The translations under genes were made by a program, and so were the position numbers. A stretch of 21,692 nucleotides of DNA from Promethearchaeota archaeon (GTDB taxonomy: Archaea > Asgardarchaeota > Lokiarchaeia > Sigyniarchaeales > SOKP01). Within the stretch, counting starts at the first letter, position 1; each line of letters begins with the position of its first letter. The stretch lies in the NCBI GenBank assembly GCA_048938025.1, contig JBHLMP010000058.1, forward strand, positions 1 through 21,692, written 5' to 3'. A model generated the notes under the pieces. The model saw only the letters and a list, made by a program, of their open reading frames with translations, was not told the origin of the DNA and did not search any database. Of the stretch, positions 9,569 to 18,754 are shown one piece after another.

Positions 9569-10345
9569 TCAAATTATTTTTGTGAAGATTTCTTTAGCTT
9601 CTTGATATGAAGAATTATCTTGCGGTAAATCTATTAAATTTCCTCCAGTTAAGTTAATTGAACTAATTTCTTCATCATTAGAAATGAATCCCAACAATTG
9701 AACATTTTTTTCTTTTAAATCTTCAACTTCTTTTTCTAGTATATTATTTAAATTTTTTGGGAAACGATTTCCTAATATCCAAATATTTTCAAATTTCAAA
9801 TCAACTTCTTTTGATACTTCTAAAATCCTTTTCATAGTATGGATTCCCATCTTACTTGGATCAGTTACAATTACTAAATCAGTAACATCTCTACCAGTTT
9901 TTCGAGCAAAATGTTCTAACCCAGCTGGGGAGTCTAATAATGTGATGTCATAATTTTTGGAAAGGGTATCAATTACGTTTTTAAGCACAGAATTTATATA
10001 ACAATAGCATCCTTCTCCCTCAGTTCGTCCCATTTCTAAAAGATCAAATTTATCCAATTCTATCAAAGATTTAAAAACATCACCTTCTATTATTTGGTTT
10101 TTTGGCATATCTAAAGGTAATTGCCTTTTTTGTATCTTATCCTTTAAGACTTTCATTTTTCCGCCAATTGTATCTCGAAATCTAACCTCTTCACCAATTA
10201 CATCTGCTATATTAGCGTCTGGATCAGAATCTATTACTAAAATATCAAGTTTATTTTTATTTTCTAGGAGATATTTTAATAAGAGTACTAACGCTGTTGT
10301 TTTGCCTACACCACCCTTACCGCTAAAAGCTATGATTTTTTTCAT
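9569..10345 (-). CDS. cooC: CooC/AcsF-type nickel-insertion ATPase (CO dehydrogenase/acetyl-CoA synthase maturation)
   Basis: Deviant Walker A GKGGVGKT, IDSDPDAN, metal-binding GEGCYC and DSPAGLEHFAR. Confidence 0.85.
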   Translation of the reverse strand: MKKIIAFSGKGGVGKTTALVLLLKYLLENKNKLDILVIDSDPDANIADVIGEEVRFRDTIGGKMKVLKDKIQKRQLPLDMPKNQIIEGDVFKSLIELDKFDLLEMGRTEGEGCYCYINSVLKNVIDTLSKNYDITLLDSPAGLEHFARKTGRDVTDLVIVTDPSKMGIHTMKRILEVSKEVDLKFENIWILGNRFPKNLNNILEKEVEDLKEKNVQLLGFISNDEEISSINLTGGNLIDLPQDNSSYQEAKEIFTKII

Positions 10346-10508
10346 GAATTATTCCCTTAAAATTAGTTTTTAATCTTATGTAGAGGAAATTCATTTAAGA
10401 TTAAAAATTTATTATATATAATTCAAAAGATCATGGAAATTTCTAATAAGAATATTAAATCTAATTTAAAGTAGAATTAATAATTAATAAGTTATTTAGA
10501 ATTCAACT

Positions 10509-11318
10509 TTATTGTTCTTGACGATATACTGGTACGATTTTTGAAGTAAATTCTTCCAATGTATACGGAAATTCATCTTCACTTGAGATTTTACCTAATT
10601 CTAGCATAATTTGTCTTGCTAATAGGTAAAATGCTAATCCTAAAGCCTTCTTTCCCCGATTATTTGCTGGAATCGCAAGATCTATGCCATCAAGAGTATC
10701 ATCAGTATCAAATAGAGACACCACAGGAATTCGAGCTAATTTAGCTTCGTGTAGAATTACTTTATCTGCATGGGGATCAACAATTACTACAACACTGGCA
10801 TCTTTGATATATGTATCAATAATTGGATTTGTAAGTGAACCTGGTATAAACCTCTCAGTTATAGCTCTACATCCTAAAACTTCACAGAACTTTTTCACAG
10901 GTTCTTTCCCATATCTCCTAATTGAAGTAACAATGACTCTATCACTTCCTTCTTCAACAAACTTACTTAGGAATTTTGCTGCAATCTTAAGACGTTCATC
11001 AGTTTGAGTTAAATCAATAACATATAATCCATAATTGGTTTGTCTATAAATAAATCTTCTAGCATCTCCAGTTAATAATTTTGTGCCAATATGAATACCA
11101 CAACTTAAGTAAAGTTGTTTTTTTTCCTCATCTTTATCAATTATTTCTTCTTTAACTTCAATTCCTGCTTTAATATCCTCAGTATCCAATAAATCAAGTT
11201 CTTCTTCCAAATCTAAATCTTCTTCGAAATCAATATCGAAATCTTCGTCAAAATCTTCTATTAGATCATCTGTTTTTTCTTTTCTTGGTTCTTCAGTTTT
11301 CTTTTTCTTTCTAGCCAA
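10509..11318 (-). CDS. rps2: 30S ribosomal protein S2 (archaeal uS2) with acidic N-terminal extension
   Basis: YLSCGIHIGTK, FIYR...GLYVIDL, RFIPGSLTNP, EAKLARIPVVSLFDTD and DLAIPANNRGKKAL are archaeal/eukaryotic-type uS2 motifs. TTG start. Confidence 0.95.
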   Translation of the reverse strand: MARKKKKTEEPRKEKTDDLIEDFDEDFDIDFEEDLDLEEELDLLDTEDIKAGIEVKEEIIDKDEEKKQLYLSCGIHIGTKLLTGDARRFIYRQTNYGLYVIDLTQTDERLKIAAKFLSKFVEEGSDRVIVTSIRRYGKEPVKKFCEVLGCRAITERFIPGSLTNPIIDTYIKDASVVVIVDPHADKVILHEAKLARIPVVSLFDTDDTLDGIDLAIPANNRGKKALGLAFYLLARQIMLELGKISSEDEFPYTLEEFTSKIVPVYRQEQ

Positions 11319-11548
11319 ATTCTCAGCCTTTTTTATAATTTTCTTAAGTGAGTTTAATTAGTATTTTTTTAAAATTAAGAATTTTAATGAATATTAAATT
11401 GAATACATAATAATTTTAATATTTTATTGAAAGATATTCTAAGCCATTAAGGACTAAAGTATTAATATAGTTTAAAATTTAAATTATTAATACTATCTAT
11501 TTATTTTATATTAAAGTATAAAATTAGAATTCTAATATGGTTTGAATA

Positions 11549-12037
11549 ATGGCTTCCTACCGGCTAGTTTTTGGAATCATTGTTGGTATCATCCTTAGTT
11601 TTTTTACCGTCTTTTTCTTTAATATGACGGATATTATAGATCAAATAAAACTATACGCTGAATCTAATACGATAAAAGCGGCTGCTTTATTAGTTGGTGC
11701 TAATTTTAATTTTGATATGATTTCATTTTTCACAGGTACACCTACAGTTCTAGGATTCTTTGCTCCGGAACTTTTAGCATGGATTTTTATAGGTTTTATA
11801 AGTGGAACTATATCCAAAGGTTTAAGGAGAGGTATTATCGCGAGTATATTAGTTGTTGTTATAGCCTTGTTAATCTGGATTTTATTAAGTATAATTTCTG
11901 GAGAAGATTTAATGGCTTTATTCCAAGGGAATCAATTAATAGAAACTTTAGGGGGAATTTTTAGCGCAATTTTAGGAGCACTTATAGGGGGTTTATTTGG
12001 GGGATTAGTAAGTGGTCCATATGAAGAATTTTATTAA
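11549..12037 (+). CDS. Hypothetical glycine-rich multi-pass membrane protein
   Basis: 162 aa with about four hydrophobic segments, repeated GxxxG spacing and an acidic C-terminus (GPYEEFY). Confidence 0.7.
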   Translation: MASYRLVFGIIVGIILSFFTVFFFNMTDIIDQIKLYAESNTIKAAALLVGANFNFDMISFFTGTPTVLGFFAPELLAWIFIGFISGTISKGLRRGIIASILVVVIALLIWILLSIISGEDLMALFQGNQLIETLGGIFSAILGALIGGLFGGLVSGPYEEFY

Positions 12038-12220
12038 TTCCCCTAAAAATTTCACTTTATCGATTTTTCTTAATTATTGAAGTTCTAACTTGCTTAAAAT
12101 TATAATTAAATTATTGGATTGAGTAGAATTAGTATTTTTTGATAACAGCGGATATATACTGATTTGTTCATATTTGTTAATAACTAAAACTTAAAGTTAA
12201 TTTTTAATTTATAATTAGTA

Positions 12221-12757
12221 ATGGGAAAGAAAGAAGAAATTATACCAGATCGAGAATTTGCTTCAGATTTACTTAGAAGGCTGAAAATTCCACTTTCAGT
12301 TAGACGTCATTCTGAAAAGGTTGCTGAAAAAGCTTTAGAAATTGCAGAAAAAATAACCAAAACCAATGTTGATAAAAATCTGATTGAAATTGGTGCGCTT
12401 TTACATGATATTGGAAGAACAAAAACGCATGGATTTAGACATGCATTAATAGGGGGTAAAATTTTAAGAGAAAGAGGTTTTTCAATTAAGCTCGCTAGGA
12501 TTTGTGAGACACACATTTTAGGAGGATTAGATAAAGAAGATGCTAAACGAGTTGGATTACCTGAAAAAGATTATTTACCAAAAACACTTGAAGAAAAAAT
12601 TATTTGTTTAGCAGATAAGCAAATGGCTGGAACTAGGGAGGTAACGATTAAAGAGAGATTTGATAGATGGTTCCAAAAATATGGAAGAAGTAGAATTTTA
12701 TTAAAATCAAAGAAAAGAATAGAACAGATTCAACAAGAGATTGAAAGTTTAATGTAG
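12221..12757 (+). CDS. HD-domain (HDIG) metal-dependent phosphohydrolase, TIGR00295-like
   Basis: RRHSEKVA, GALLHDIGR, HALIGGKIL, ICETH and PKTLEEKIICLADK. Confidence 0.88.
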   Translation: MGKKEEIIPDREFASDLLRRLKIPLSVRRHSEKVAEKALEIAEKITKTNVDKNLIEIGALLHDIGRTKTHGFRHALIGGKILRERGFSIKLARICETHILGGLDKEDAKRVGLPEKDYLPKTLEEKIICLADKQMAGTREVTIKERFDRWFQKYGRSRILLKSKKRIEQIQQEIESLM

Positions 12758-12811
12758 GGACTTTAAGGAGATTTCAATGATCTAATAATCTTTTTTCTAC
12801 AATTATATAAT

Positions 12812-14101
12812 TTATATCGTATCACAAATCAATTCTTGATTTTTGCATAACATTTGAAAATCCTTATCTAACATTAGAATTGCTTCTTTAATTATTACAC
12901 ATGTTTCTAATAATTTTTGAGGATCTACTTTATCAGGAGTATCCTCTTTATTATGAGCATATCTACTAGCTATTCTGGTAGTAATGTCTACAGAATCATA
13001 TCCTCTTAAATGAAAAGCGACTGAATCTGAATGAGCACCACTAGATAAGTGAAATCCGAAAATTTTTAAATTTTTTTTATTTGAAGCTTTATCTAAATAT
13101 TTACTTAATAATGGTGCAATTTTTTTACGAGGTAGAACCCCATAGGACTTCAGATACTGAATTTGATTTTTTTTATGATTAGCACAGGAAACCATATCAG
13201 AATTGAATTGAAAAATTCTTCCTTTTACAAATTGATTTTCATATTTATTTACGAAAACTCTTGAACCCATTGTCCCTAATTCTTCTGCTGAAAATTGACA
13301 AAACCATAAATTAAAATTTTCAAGAGGGTCGTTTTTAAAGTAAGTGCTTAGTTCAAATACGATGGACATTCCAGAAGCATTGTCAAGAGCACCTGGTGAT
13401 TTGTTATGGGTATTTAGGAACATTAAGAAGATATTTGAAATTGAAATTAAAGTAGTAAATGTCCAAATACCAATTATTATAATTAATAGATCAGGATTTA
13501 GAATGGTAAAAGTGCGAATGAATAAAGCAATTAAAAATCCTCCTAAGAAAATTCCACTATATAACCAAACTTTATATAAAAACACTCTCCAATACGTTCG
13601 AAAAGTTTGAGATTTAGAATCTAAATGAGCAGAAATTATAACATTTCCAGCGCTTTCACTTTGAAAGTTCTTAGCTGGAATTTTAACAAAAACATTAGTT
13701 GCATTATGGGTCTCTCCATAATATTCATCCCAGAATCCGGGATATTCAGGGTGTCTTAATCCTTTTATAATTAAGAAAACAAGTAGAGAAAAAGCACCTA
13801 CTACTAAAATTGTAATATAAATATTGATATAGATAAACATTAAAAGGAATAGTGAAAAAGTTAAGTTGATAACCATTATCAATTTAATGAGTGTTGTAGA
13901 GTAAAAGTCAGAAAAATCGAAATTTTGGGTTTGAATTTGAGAATCTTCAAAGCCAATATTTTTAAAGGTTTTAATTGCTAAATCAACAGCTTTTTTTTCT
14001 CCTTCAGTTCCAGCTAAACGAGGAAAACTAAATTTCTTTACATAATTAATAATTTTTTCTTTATCAAATGAATACATTTGAGTTGGTTTTCCCAGATTCA
14101 A
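12812..14101 (-). CDS. M28-family zinc peptidase with internal transmembrane segments (paralog 2); start may be ATG 14077
   Basis: SFPRLAGTEGEKK, SAHLDSK, GALDNASG, SAEELG, NSDMV, HSDS and AHNKEDT. Same layout as 2181-3347. Confidence 0.82.
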   Translation of the reverse strand: MNLGKPTQMYSFDKEKIINYVKKFSFPRLAGTEGEKKAVDLAIKTFKNIGFEDSQIQTQNFDFSDFYSTTLIKLIMVINLTFSLFLLMFIYINIYITILVVGAFSLLVFLIIKGLRHPEYPGFWDEYYGETHNATNVFVKIPAKNFQSESAGNVIISAHLDSKSQTFRTYWRVFLYKVWLYSGIFLGGFLIALFIRTFTILNPDLLIIIIGIWTFTTLISISNIFLMFLNTHNKSPGALDNASGMSIVFELSTYFKNDPLENFNLWFCQFSAEELGTMGSRVFVNKYENQFVKGRIFQFNSDMVSCANHKKNQIQYLKSYGVLPRKKIAPLLSKYLDKASNKKNLKIFGFHLSSGAHSDSVAFHLRGYDSVDITTRIASRYAHNKEDTPDKVDPQKLLETCVIIKEAILMLDKDFQMLCKNQELICDTI

Positions 14102-14204
14102 TTTTTTCTAAATATGTATTTTGTAATTTATGATTTTACAGTTCCATTCTTTGAAATAATTATATAAATTTATGTCTTATTATTTAAATTTATAATCATA
14201 TCCG

Positions 14205-14801
14205 CTAACCTAATTTAGCCATTACAATGTTCTGAATTTTTTCTTGAACAAGTTCTATGATATCATCAGTATTAACTATATAATAACCCTCTAGTTCAGC
14301 ACGAGTAAGATAGAGATGTCTAACTTTATTTAGAAATTCTACATCTTCAAATTTTTCTAAAGTCTTGTCAGATTTTCGTGCTAAGGCAATTTTAGGATCT
14401 ATATCTAAGATAATAGTTAAGTTAGGTTTACCAACAAATTTATTTATTTTTTTAATCCAGTCAACACTAATTTTTTCAGATTGAACTGATTGGTATATTA
14501 TAGATGATTCAATGTATCGATCAGATATTACAATATAACCTTCTTCTAGTTTATTTTTGATCTCACCATGATAATGAAGATCTCTATCAGCAGCAAATAA
14601 TAGCGCATCTGTTGTAGCCGGAATATCTTTATTTTTTAAATATTCTCTTAAAAGAATCCCAATTTTATTCCCTGAGGGTTCTTGAGTTAAATGGACTTTA
14701 AAACCTTTACTTTCAAGAAAACCTTTAAGGAGGTGACTATGGGTTGTAGTTCCAGCTCCATCTCCTCCATCTAGAACAATAAATAAGGAATTATATTTCA
14801 A
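14205..14801 (-). CDS. tmk: Thymidylate (dTMP) kinase
   Basis: FIVLDGGDGAGTTT P-loop, TQEP, ALLFAADR, VISDRYIESSIIYQ, PNLTIILDI and EKFE. Confidence 0.92.
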   Translation of the reverse strand: MKYNSLFIVLDGGDGAGTTTHSHLLKGFLESKGFKVHLTQEPSGNKIGILLREYLKNKDIPATTDALLFAADRDLHYHGEIKNKLEEGYIVISDRYIESSIIYQSVQSEKISVDWIKKINKFVGKPNLTIILDIDPKIALARKSDKTLEKFEDVEFLNKVRHLYLTRAELEGYYIVNTDDIIELVQEKIQNIVMAKLG

Positions 14802-15007
14802 TGTGATATAAAACGGTAGGTTAGTAGAAAAATATATATTATTAAAAATTATGTAGGTTATTAATCAATAAAAGCTTATTTGTTTCAAGTCGAATATATC
14901 ATTTTAATTATTTTCTTAATTGATATATCCTATATGTAGTTGGCACTTATTTACAAAATTTCCAAAAAAATTAAAAAGAGTAAATTTTCTTAATTAAGTT
15001 GAGAGAT

Positions 15008-15406
15008 ATGAATAAAAAAAAACCTTACGCATATTGTACTGGATGTGAAAAAGAAATTTCCAAGCCTAAAAGGAAATCCATGGATAGTATGTATTATACA
15101 GTTTGGATCCTTATAATTGTAGCTTCAATAGGTTTTGCAATAATCCCTCTGCTTATCTATCAATTTATTATAAAAAAGAAAATTTTTTGTCCTAATTGTA
15201 ATTCAAAGTTAGTATTTTATAGCACTCCTGAAGAATCTCCAGAACCAAAAACACAAATTGAGCGAATTCTCAAAGCAATTGAAACGGAAAAAAAAGAAAA
15301 AGAAGAAGTTGAAACAGATGAGGAATATATGTTTTGCCCATATTGCCAAAAAGAAATTGCAAAGCAAGCAGAATTTTGTCCAAATTGTGGAGTAACCCTG
15401 AAATGA
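15008..15406 (+). CDS. LITAF-like zinc/membrane protein with C-terminal zinc ribbon (array member 1)
   Basis: CTGC, hydrophobic stretch (VWILIIVASIGFAIIPLLIYQFII), CPNC, charged linker, then CPYC...CPNCG. ATG at 15008 preferred over TTG at 14999. Confidence 0.75.
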   Translation: MNKKKPYAYCTGCEKEISKPKRKSMDSMYYTVWILIIVASIGFAIIPLLIYQFIIKKKIFCPNCNSKLVFYSTPEESPEPKTQIERILKAIETEKKEKEEVETDEEYMFCPYCQKEIAKQAEFCPNCGVTLK

Positions 15407-15467
15407 ATATATTCATTAGTTTAGATTCATATATCTAATAAATAAGAAAATTTAAATGCATTAAGAT

Positions 15468-15881
15468 ATGACAACCACAAATCCAACAGGATATTGTCCT
15501 CATTGCCAGCAGAATGTATTATTAACTCGAGAAGATATTGATATTTGTTTAGCTATAATTTTACTAATCTTTACAGCTGGAATAGGTTTAATTATTTACC
15601 TTGCTATTTACTATAGTAGGAAAGAAGATAAATGTGTGCATTGTGGGACACGTATAAGTCCCATACAAACACAACCAGCTGGTCAAATTTCATATCAACA
15701 ACAAGCTCTAGAAAATCCATATACTTATCAAACTCAACCTACTCAAGAATATACAACTACTAGTGATGTTAAGGAATTTAAAGGAGAGAATCCATTTTTT
15801 TGTGTATATTGTGGAGAAAAATTAGAATTTGAAGGGATAAAATTCTGCCCTAATTGTGGAAATAAGGTAGAAGTGGATTAA
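15468..15881 (+). CDS. LITAF-like zinc/membrane protein with C-terminal zinc ribbon (array member 2)
   Basis: CPHC, LAIILLIFTAGIGLIIYLAIYY, CVHC, Q/P/Y/T-rich linker, then CVYCG...CPNCG. Confidence 0.8.
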   Translation: MTTTNPTGYCPHCQQNVLLTREDIDICLAIILLIFTAGIGLIIYLAIYYSRKEDKCVHCGTRISPIQTQPAGQISYQQQALENPYTYQTQPTQEYTTTSDVKEFKGENPFFCVYCGEKLEFEGIKFCPNCGNKVEVD

Positions 15882-15884
15882 GAT

Positions 15885-16259
15885 ATGACGAAAAAAAGCC
15901 CAGTTGGTTATTGTCCTTACTGTAAAATGACTGTAAATCTAAAAAGAGAGGGTATAAATATACCTTTGGCTATACTTTTAGGAATTTTTACTGGTGGAAT
16001 TGGTTTATTGATATATCTTGCCATATACTACAATCGAGATGAAGATAGATGTATAAATTGTCGAAACCGTATTTTCCCATTACAGACACAAGTGAATTCA
16101 TCTAATAATCAAGCTCAATCTAAATTAACAAAAACTCAGGAAAAGATTGAGGAAGTAAGAGGAGATAAATTATTTTACTGTCCTTTCTGCGGAGAGAAGT
16201 TAGATGAGAGAAATTTAGAGTTTTGTTCTAATTGTGGGGGCAGAGTTGAATTAAAATAA
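15885..16259 (+). CDS. LITAF-like zinc/membrane protein with C-terminal zinc ribbon (array member 3)
   Basis: CPYC, IPLAILLGIFTGGIGLLIYLAIYY, CINC, linker, then CPFCG...CSNCG. Confidence 0.8.
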   Translation: MTKKSPVGYCPYCKMTVNLKREGINIPLAILLGIFTGGIGLLIYLAIYYNRDEDRCINCRNRIFPLQTQVNSSNNQAQSKLTKTQEKIEEVRGDKLFYCPFCGEKLDERNLEFCSNCGGRVELK

Positions 16260-16477
16260 ATAATCTTTGACCTCATTGATAAAAAATGCAATATTCATTG
16301 TATAAATAAAGCCTTTAATTTATTGGAGAGCTTTTTATATTTCTATAGTCAAATCTAATTTCTCTCGTTTTATATATAAAAATTGGACTAAAGATCATTT
16401 TAGTATGGTTTTAACTAGTTTTTAATTAAACCCTAAAAAAATAGTTAATAAATTTTAAAATAAGTTGGAGAAAAAAA

Positions 16478-16849
16478 ATGTCGACAATGTATTGTCCTAA
16501 TTGTAATATGAACGTACTTACATCAAAAGATAAGCTTAATATACCTTTAGCAATACTTTTAGCTATATTTACTGGCGGTATTGGTTTATTAATTTACCTT
16601 GCGATTTGGTATTCTAAAGATAATAGATGTGTTCATTGTAAATCTGTTTGTCAACCATCATTAAGCAATAATCAATCAGGTTCCAATTATCAAGCACAAA
16701 ATCAAACTTATCAAGTCCAAGAATATACCCCATTGCAACAAAAACAATCTGTTGATGTTAAATCAAAATTCTGTTATAATTGTGGCAGTAAAATAGCAGA
16801 TCGAGAAAGTGCTAAGTATTGCCCTTATTGTGGGTCAAGTACTGATTAA
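16478..16849 (+). CDS. LITAF-like zinc/membrane protein with C-terminal zinc ribbon (array member 4)
   Basis: CPNC, IPLAILLAIFTGGIGLLIYLAIWY, CVHC, Q/N/S/Y-rich linker, then CYNCG...CPYCG. GGAG site before the ATG. Confidence 0.8.
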   Translation: MSTMYCPNCNMNVLTSKDKLNIPLAILLAIFTGGIGLLIYLAIWYSKDNRCVHCKSVCQPSLSNNQSGSNYQAQNQTYQVQEYTPLQQKQSVDVKSKFCYNCGSKIADRESAKYCPYCGSSTD

Positions 16850-16864
16850 GTTTTAAATATAAAT

Positions 16865-17779
16865 TTATTTTTCTATTTTATTTTTTTTTAGAATTTTCAT
16901 AAATTCGTAGAAATATTTATAGGCATCATTAAAGTGATAATCTTCTTTTGAATATTCTAACCCTTCACTGAAAATTTTATAAAACCCTTTTCTATCTTTA
17001 TTTTTTATAATATTCTTATATTCTTTTATTAGATTTTCAAACAAATCTAATACTTTATGAAACTCATTGTTTTCAATTTGAATATCACCAAACATTTCCA
17101 TTTCCCTTTGAATGATACTTTCAGCAAAAACTTTTTGTAAAAGAAAAGTTGTTCCTGTGTATTTTGTTAACTCTGATAATGTTTCATTTGTTCTTCTTAA
17201 TAGGTTTAAAAATAAGATATTAAACATATGTGGGACTCCTAAAGTTAAAGCAATCTTTAAATCATGAAGTTCATATGCAATCTCAGTAACGATTAACCCA
17301 GAAATTTCAAAAATTCTCAGAAATTCACTCAGAATTTCATTATATTGTTCTGTTCCTCCAACTTTTAGGGCTAATAAAACATAGTTTTTCATATTTTCAA
17401 TAGCAGGACCGAACATAGGATGAAGTGATAAACAGTTTATTGGATATTTTTCGTGAACCTCATAAAGAGCCCTATACGTCTCACTTTTTAAAGAACAAAT
17501 ATCAAAAATTAGTGAATTTTCCTTTAGAAATGGAGCAATATTTTTAATCATTTTTGGAGTAGATTGTATAGGAATTGAAACCATTACAATATCAGCATTA
17601 TCAACACTTTTTTTGAGGTCTAATTCGTAATTAACTTCTAATTCTTCAGCAGTTTGTTTTAATCGATGCTCATTTCGAGCAAATAGTGTAATTTCAAACC
17701 CATGGCTCTTAAAAAGTTTTCCAAAAATTTTACCCATACCACCAGAACCACCAATAATAGTAAGTTTTTTTCCTAACAT
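16865..17779 (-). CDS. tyrA: Prephenate/arogenate dehydrogenase
   Basis: Rossmann IIGGSGGMG, DICSLK, SLHPMFGP and HD...LGVPH. Overlaps the aroE stop codon. Confidence 0.88.
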   Translation of the reverse strand: MLGKKLTIIGGSGGMGKIFGKLFKSHGFEITLFARNEHRLKQTAEELEVNYELDLKKSVDNADIVMVSIPIQSTPKMIKNIAPFLKENSLIFDICSLKSETYRALYEVHEKYPINCLSLHPMFGPAIENMKNYVLLALKVGGTEQYNEILSEFLRIFEISGLIVTEIAYELHDLKIALTLGVPHMFNILFLNLLRRTNETLSELTKYTGTTFLLQKVFAESIIQREMEMFGDIQIENNEFHKVLDLFENLIKEYKNIIKNKDRKGFYKIFSEGLEYSKEDYHFNDAYKYFYEFMKILKKNKIEK

Positions 17780-18648
17780 TATTTTTTCCCCAAAAATTCT
17801 ATAATTTTATTTTTCATTAAGTTGATATTCGGTTTTTTATTTGTCCACCATTCAAAAGCTAATGCACCTTGATTTACAAGCATATCTAAACCTCCAAGAG
17901 TTCTACATCCTATTACTTTTGCATCCTTTATTAATTGAGTTTCTAGAGGATTATAAATTAAATCGAAAACAAATAATTGATTATGCAAAATTTCCTTTTC
18001 AATTGGAGATTTATTGATTAGTGGATACATACCTACTGGTGTTGCATTAATTAATATATCAGTTGTTTTGATCTCTCTCCTTAAAGTGATTTCACTATTG
18101 TTTGTTCCTTCTGCGTTAACTTTAATAATTTTCTTTAATTCCATTGCTAACTTTTTTGCTCGAACTTCTGTTCTATTCGTTATCACAATTTTATTAGCAT
18201 CTTTTGCTAAAGTATAGCAAATAGCTTTAGCTACCCCCCCTGCTCCTAGTATTAAGATATTTTTTCCCTTGATTTCACACCCAGCATCTAAAATTGCTTT
18301 TCTACTCCCTTCTGCATCAGTGTTTTTCCCTATTAAAACGCCATCTTCATTCTTTATAGTGTTTATTGCTCCAATTTTATTTGCAATGCCATCTATTTCA
18401 TCTAAAAATCTAATAATTATTTCCTTAAGTGGGATAGTAACACTTATTCCTTTTATGTTTAGTGCTTTAAATCCTTTTACTGCTTCTTTAAGTCTATTAG
18501 GGGGCACATCGAAAGCCATATATGCAAAATCTAATTCAAGATCTTGTAAAACCGCATTGTGCATAATAGGACTCATACTATGCTCAATCGGGTGTCCAAT
18601 AATACATAAAATTTTAGTTTGTGCTGTTATAGAATCTCTAATTGACAT
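17779..18648 (-). CDS. aroE: Shikimate dehydrogenase
   Basis: IGHPIEHSMSPIMHN, SVTIPLK, GAINT, NTD, LGAGGVA, INATPVGM, DLIYNP and GLDMLVNQGA. Confidence 0.95.
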   Translation of the reverse strand: MSIRDSITAQTKILCIIGHPIEHSMSPIMHNAVLQDLELDFAYMAFDVPPNRLKEAVKGFKALNIKGISVTIPLKEIIIRFLDEIDGIANKIGAINTIKNEDGVLIGKNTDAEGSRKAILDAGCEIKGKNILILGAGGVAKAICYTLAKDANKIVITNRTEVRAKKLAMELKKIIKVNAEGTNNSEITLRREIKTTDILINATPVGMYPLINKSPIEKEILHNQLFVFDLIYNPLETQLIKDAKVIGCRTLGGLDMLVNQGALAFEWWTNKKPNINLMKNKIIEFLGKK

Positions 18649-18754
18649 TTTTTAGATTAAATTGATAAATTTAAAACTAATAATATGTTTAAGAAGAAAA
18701 ATAATTTATTAATATTTAGCTAATAACAAGAAAAAGAAATAAGGAAATGAAAAG

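Noticed and set aside
6127-13610. Short overlapping ORFs 6127-6339, 7628-7843, 8453-8677, 8762-8986, 9092-9274, 10684-11007, 11779-11964, 12307-12516 and 13344-13610
   Set aside because: Shadow or alternate-frame ORFs within conserved genes, with no independent support.
15405-16390. Small palindromes in the array spacers (TTAGAT-N6-ATCTAA at 15421-15438, TAGTCAAAT/ATTGGACTA at 16346-16390)
   Set aside because: Expected by chance in AT-rich DNA and not repeated before the other array members.
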